Shown here: positions 35,899 through 39,470 of the stretch, piece by piece | Numbering within the stretch: the stretch's first letter is position 1 | How the letters are laid out: each line of letters starts with the position of its first letter | Assembly: GCA_031425655.1 (NCBI GenBank) | Contig: JANPJS010000124.1 | Span: forward strand, 1 to 39,470 | Source of the DNA: Abditibacteriaceae bacterium | Lineage (GTDB): Bacteria; Armatimonadota; Abditibacteriia; Abditibacteriales; Abditibacteriaceae | DNA length: 39,470 nt | Reading direction: 5' to 3' | Notes under the pieces: model-generated | Database searches by the model: none | The model's input: only the letters and a program-made list of their open reading frames with translations | Told to the model about the DNA's origin: nothing | Program-made: the position numbers and the translations under genes

Positions 35899-37890
35899 CT
35901 ACGGATTGGCAACGATTTTCAAGACACGACAGCCGCGCGCTTCAAAAATCTGCTCCAACAGGCCGCGCGCGATAGCATCTTGCATCGGGCCGACCGGTGG
36001 GCCGCCGAAAGCGGGCGGGTCGCATGAAAATACGTGCGTGGCGTTTTGAGCGCGCAAAGCGTTCACGAAACCGGCGCCGTCGCGGATTTTTCCATAGTCA
36101 ATCAGGTTGTTGTGCGGGTCGTCGGCCCAGAAATAATCGCGGTCGAGATAATAAGTGCGCGGTTCGCCATAAACCGCGAAGCGCGCCGTTGGCGGCGTCT
36201 TCTCCGAGGCCCAGCGCATCGCGGGATACGGCCCAAAAGTGCGAGATAGATAATCGTGCGGCGTTTCCTGCCCAAAAATCACGCTAAAACTGCGCCGGGC
36301 ATTCCAACCCGTGACGAGCGGCGCGAAGCAAAACCACAGCACCAAAGCTGCGCCCGCCGTGTATTTCAACAATGCGCCGCGATTCAGGAATTTGTCGGCC
36401 ATCCAGCCGCAAGGCAGGCACCACAAGGCGAACGCGGGAATTAAATAGCGCACATATTGCCCGGTCAGGAACCAAAATAGGCCATAAAACGCGAAGCTCC
36501 AACCCAGAAAACCGATCAGCCACGGTTTGCGCCACACGAAAATCATCGGCAAGCCAAAAGCCAGCAAAGCCGGGCCGACGACGGTCGAAAACACCAGTCC
36601 GGGCGTCTCGAACATCCCTTCGTGCGGCGAAATCGGCGGCAAATTGCTCGTCGGCCACCACGGCATTCCTTTCATCACCGGCTGCTTTTCGCCGTTGGGC
36701 AGCACGTTGGTGTAAAAGCCGATATTTATCGGCGCCATCGCCACGCGCCACGGTGCGGCCAACAAATCTTCCCAGCCGCGCCCGAAACCGAATTTCTTCT
36801 GATCTTCCGTGTATTGACGCGCCATCTCCGCCGACCAGTTTTTGCCGCCGAAGATTTCATAAGCGAAGGGATAAACCGGATTTCCCGTCCACGCCGCGTT
36901 GCGCGCATACCAACCGCCACCGATAACAAGCGCCAACAGCGTTGCGCCGAGCAGAGGCTTGATTTGCGCCCTCCCCACCTGCCCGCAAGCGGGGAGGGAT
37001 TTCGCCGCCATCGTGCCCAAAATCCACAAACCGAGCCATGCGAAAGTCAGCACGCCGAGATATTTGGTGCCCATGCAAAAGCCACAAAACACGCCAAAGG
37101 AGATCAGCCATTGCTTTTCGCCCGTCGTTTTCCAGTTGGCGAAGCAAAGATAAGCCAACAGCACGAAGGCAGTGAGGCCAAGATCAATATAAGCCGTGCT
37201 GGCTTCCGCTTGCACGATGGGAATCGAAGCGAAAAGCGCGGCGGCCAGCAGTCCGGCACGCAGCGACAAATGCCGTTTGCCGATAGCCACGAGCGCCGCA
37301 CAGCACAGCGGCAGCATCAGCCAGTGGAAAAGCTTGGCTAAAACCGGCCCGCGCAACGCCAATCCCCACATGAAAAGCATATCCATCGTGAAGGGAAAGT
37401 AAGAATGATGATCGTAAGGCAACTCGACGATTTGGCCGTGTCGCAAATACTGCTGCGGCACGGCGAGGTGATACATCAGCGAATCCCATTCGCCGCCCGA
37501 CGGCGGCACCAGCGTCAGCACGAAGGTGAACAGGCAAACGGCAGCGAGGTAAAGCGCGAGAACGAGATTGAGGCCGCGAAGAGAGCCAGAAGCACGGACT
37601 ATTTGCTTTAATCCACCGACAGCTTTTTGCCTCCGTTGAGGATTGAACCACCCAGCAGCAGTGCCCAGCAATATACCGGCTGGAATAATAACAGCGGCTC
37701 GTATGGCTCCCATGCTGCCAACCCAAACAGCGACTCCCAACAGCCCCAACAAAAGTCCTACGCCGGTAACAATTTCCCCGGAAAAATTTGAGTGGTCAGA
37801 ATCATCATTTTGAGCAGATTGCATACAAGCGCACAGCAGCAACAGCAGCAAAATCAATCCGAAGATCGCAACATCGGCCAGATAGGGCAT
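35899..37890 (-). CDS. Large GT-C-like polytopic membrane glycosyltransferase
   Basis: WDSLMYHL, YIDLG, GTKY, WYARN..TGNPVYPF and QYVRYLIP motifs; many TM helices and a C-terminal soluble domain. Confidence 0.78.
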   Translation of the reverse strand: MPYLADVAIFGLILLLLLLCACMQSAQNDDSDHSNFSGEIVTGVGLLLGLLGVAVWVGSMGAIRAAVIIPAGILLGTAAGWFNPQRRQKAVGGLKQIVRASGSLRGLNLVLALYLAAVCLFTFVLTLVPPSGGEWDSLMYHLAVPQQYLRHGQIVELPYDHHSYFPFTMDMLFMWGLALRGPVLAKLFHWLMLPLCCAALVAIGKRHLSLRAGLLAAALFASIPIVQAEASTAYIDLGLTAFVLLAYLCFANWKTTGEKQWLISFGVFCGFCMGTKYLGVLTFAWLGLWILGTMAAKSLPACGQVGRAQIKPLLGATLLALVIGGGWYARNAAWTGNPVYPFAYEIFGGKNWSAEMARQYTEDQKKFGFGRGWEDLLAAPWRVAMAPINIGFYTNVLPNGEKQPVMKGMPWWPTSNLPPISPHEGMFETPGLVFSTVVGPALLAFGLPMIFVWRKPWLIGFLGWSFAFYGLFWFLTGQYVRYLIPAFALWCLPCGWMADKFLNRGALLKYTAGAALVLWFCFAPLVTGWNARRSFSVIFGQETPHDYLSRTFGPYPAMRWASEKTPPTARFAVYGEPRTYYLDRDYFWADDPHNNLIDYGKIRDGAGFVNALRAQNATHVFSCDPPAFGGPPVGPMQDAIARGLLEQIFEARGCRVLKIVANP

Positions 37891-37910
37891 AAAAGCGCAC
37901 GCTCACGAGA

Positions 37911-38006
37911 TCAAAACAGGAACAATTTCAACGCGGCGGAAAAGAACGCGCCGAAGCACAAAACGAGGAAGGCAGCAGCTAAAAAGTCTTTGAATTGTGA
38001 GGACAT
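37911..38006 (-). CDS. Possible 31-aa single-TM peptide (below the ORF-track cutoff)
   Basis: MSSQFKDFLAAAFLVLCFGAFFSAALKLFLF* fills the gap between kdsC and the GT-C gene. Confidence 0.35.
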   Translation of the reverse strand: MSSQFKDFLAAAFLVLCFGAFFSAALKLFLF

Positions 38007-38051
38007 ATTCGTAGGGACGGAACCTGTTACGCCCGATTTTGCGCCCGCCGA

Positions 38052-38639
38052 TTAACGCTGCAAATTCTCCGGCGGCGAATAATCGGCGCTTTCATGCTCA
38101 TGTGAGAACCGGGCAAGGAGCTGTGCCCAGTGGCCCTGCGCCTTTAAAATGTGTTCGATGACTTCGCGCACCGCGCCGCGCCCGCCCATCGCCTGCGTGC
38201 GATAATCGGCGCGCTCGACAACTTCCGGCATAGCGTCGGCGACCGCCACCTTCAAGCCGCAGGCCGCGAAGGCCGGCAAATCGGGAAAATCGTCGCCGAT
38301 GAAACAACATTCATCGGGCGTGATTTCCAACTGCGCTTGCAAATCGCGCAAAGCGGCGAATTTATCGGCGCAGGCCAGCAGGCAAAAATCCAATCCCAGT
38401 TCCTCGAAACGCTTTTGCACCGTCGGCGAGGCGCGACCGGAAATCCAAGCGATTTTCAAACCGGCGCGCTTGGCCGCGACGAGCGCGAAACCGTCGCGCA
38501 CATGAAAGGTTTGCCAGAGGTGGCCTTCTTCGTTGAAAGTCAGACCGCCATCAGTCAGCACGCCGTCCACGTCTATCGCCAGCAGCTTAATCGCCGCCCA
38601 GCGCGCGGCGGGAATAACATCGGGAATTTTTTCGGACAT
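38052..38639 (-). CDS. kdsC: KDO 8-phosphate phosphatase (HAD family)
   Basis: DVDGVLTDG, FHVRDG, ISGR, IGDDFPD and GGRGAVREVIEHIL. Confidence 0.9.
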   Translation of the reverse strand: MSEKIPDVIPAARWAAIKLLAIDVDGVLTDGGLTFNEEGHLWQTFHVRDGFALVAAKRAGLKIAWISGRASPTVQKRFEELGLDFCLLACADKFAALRDLQAQLEITPDECCFIGDDFPDLPAFAACGLKVAVADAMPEVVERADYRTQAMGGRGAVREVIEHILKAQGHWAQLLARFSHEHESADYSPPENLQR

Positions 38640-38644
38640 GGTTG

Positions 38645-38712
38645 CTTGATGCTGGATTCTTGATGCTGGATTGACCACGTTTCTTATCACGCATCAAGAA
38701 TCCAGCATCAAG
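38645..38712. repeat. Palindromic heptamer-arm element (TTGATGC/TGGATTC family)
   Basis: CTTGATGCTGGATTCTTGATGC (38645-38666) is the exact reverse complement of 38691-38712. Confidence 0.9.
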
Positions 38713-38751
38713 TATTTTACCGGCTCGGCGGCGCATCCGGCTAAAATACTT
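38710..38751. promoter_or_regulatory. Putative symmetric divergent promoter
   Basis: AAGTATTTTA..TAAAATACTT dyad gives TAAAAT on both strands. The + strand hexamer ends 7 nt before ATG 38755. Confidence 0.5.
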
Positions 38752-38754
38752 CGC

Positions 38755-39330
38755 ATGAACTTCGTGTATTTCGACGTGGAAACCAAACGCTTGGCCGATG
38801 AAGTCGGCGGCTGGAGCAATATCGAGCAATTGGGCATCGCCGTGGCCGTGACGCTTTCCAGCCGCGATAATATCTTCCGCGTTTACCGCGAGAACGAAAC
38901 CACAGCTTTGCTCGATGAGTTGCGCGCCGCCGATTGTGTCGTCGGGTTCAACTCGCGCGGCTTCGATTTTCGCGTGGTGCAACCGTTCGTTGACTTCGAT
39001 TTGCGCGGTTTGCCCAACATTGACTTGATGATAGACCTCAAACAAGTGCTGGGTTTTCGCGTGGGATTGGACAATGTCTGCGCCGCCACGCTGGGTCAGG
39101 GCAAAAGCAGTCACGGCACCGAATCGGTGCAATGGTGGCGCGATGGGCGCGAAAACGAAGTCATCGAATACTGCAAGCAAGATGTGCAGCTTACGCGGCT
39201 TTTGCATGAATACGGTGCGACACATCAGCACGTTTTCTACATGGACAAAAAAGGCGCGAAGCGCACCGCAACCGTGCCGTGGTCGCTGACGGCCATCGCC
39301 AACGCCCCAGCGCAAGGCTCGCTCTTTTGA
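38755..39330 (+). CDS. RNase H-like DEDD exonuclease domain protein (YprB/RNase_H_2-like)
   Basis: YFDVET, VVGFNSRGFD, LDNV..ATLG and EYCKQDV motifs. Confidence 0.85.
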   Translation: MNFVYFDVETKRLADEVGGWSNIEQLGIAVAVTLSSRDNIFRVYRENETTALLDELRAADCVVGFNSRGFDFRVVQPFVDFDLRGLPNIDLMIDLKQVLGFRVGLDNVCAATLGQGKSSHGTESVQWWRDGRENEVIEYCKQDVQLTRLLHEYGATHQHVFYMDKKGAKRTATVPWSLTAIANAPAQGSLF

Positions 39331-39432
39331 TGTCGTAACGATTTGCCGGATTCGTTTATACCAGTTTCGAGATTGCGACCCAGCGCGTTCGTTTTCACCA
39401 TAGCAAATAAAGGAATGATGTCTACACGGGCG

Positions 39433-39470
39433 TGTCATTCCGACCGGAGCGAGGCACGAGCGCAGTGGAG
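39433..39470. repeat. Probable left end of another palindromic element (TGTCATTCCG family), cut by the window edge
   Basis: TGTCATTCCGACCGGAGCG..GCGCAGTGGAG resembles GTCATTCC-type REP-like ends as I recall them. The partner arm is not visible. Confidence 0.45.

Overview
GC-rich bacterial chromosomal window; the gene set and order (lptC-like/lptA-like/lptB/DUF3084/YqgF-like, kdsC) suggest a diderm Terrabacteria lineage such as Armatimonadota/Abditibacteriota, which is an inference only. The + strand starts with a housekeeping block (accB, hom, thrC, purC, tilS, ftsH) interrupted by a Fic gene and an esterase/alginate-lyase pair. A roughly 13-kb putative synthase-dependent exopolysaccharide locus follows: a cellulose-synthase-like GT2 with no visible PilZ but a large C-terminal fused domain, two giant TPR proteins (one ending in a predicted outer-membrane beta-barrel), and a divergent membrane diguanylate cyclase. 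The right part is a - strand LPS/glycosylation cluster. The most striking non-coding signal is that most housekeeping gene junctions hold a palindromic mini-element. About ten sequence-unrelated families occur, many with arms built from 7-, 8- or 9-mer tandem units. They supply stop codons, abut start codons and are translated inside proteins. One has duplicated 62 bp of itself around a low-GC cargo gene that still carries integron attC-like ends. All calls come from motif reading by eye; no database searches were run, and several start codons are my re-assignments.
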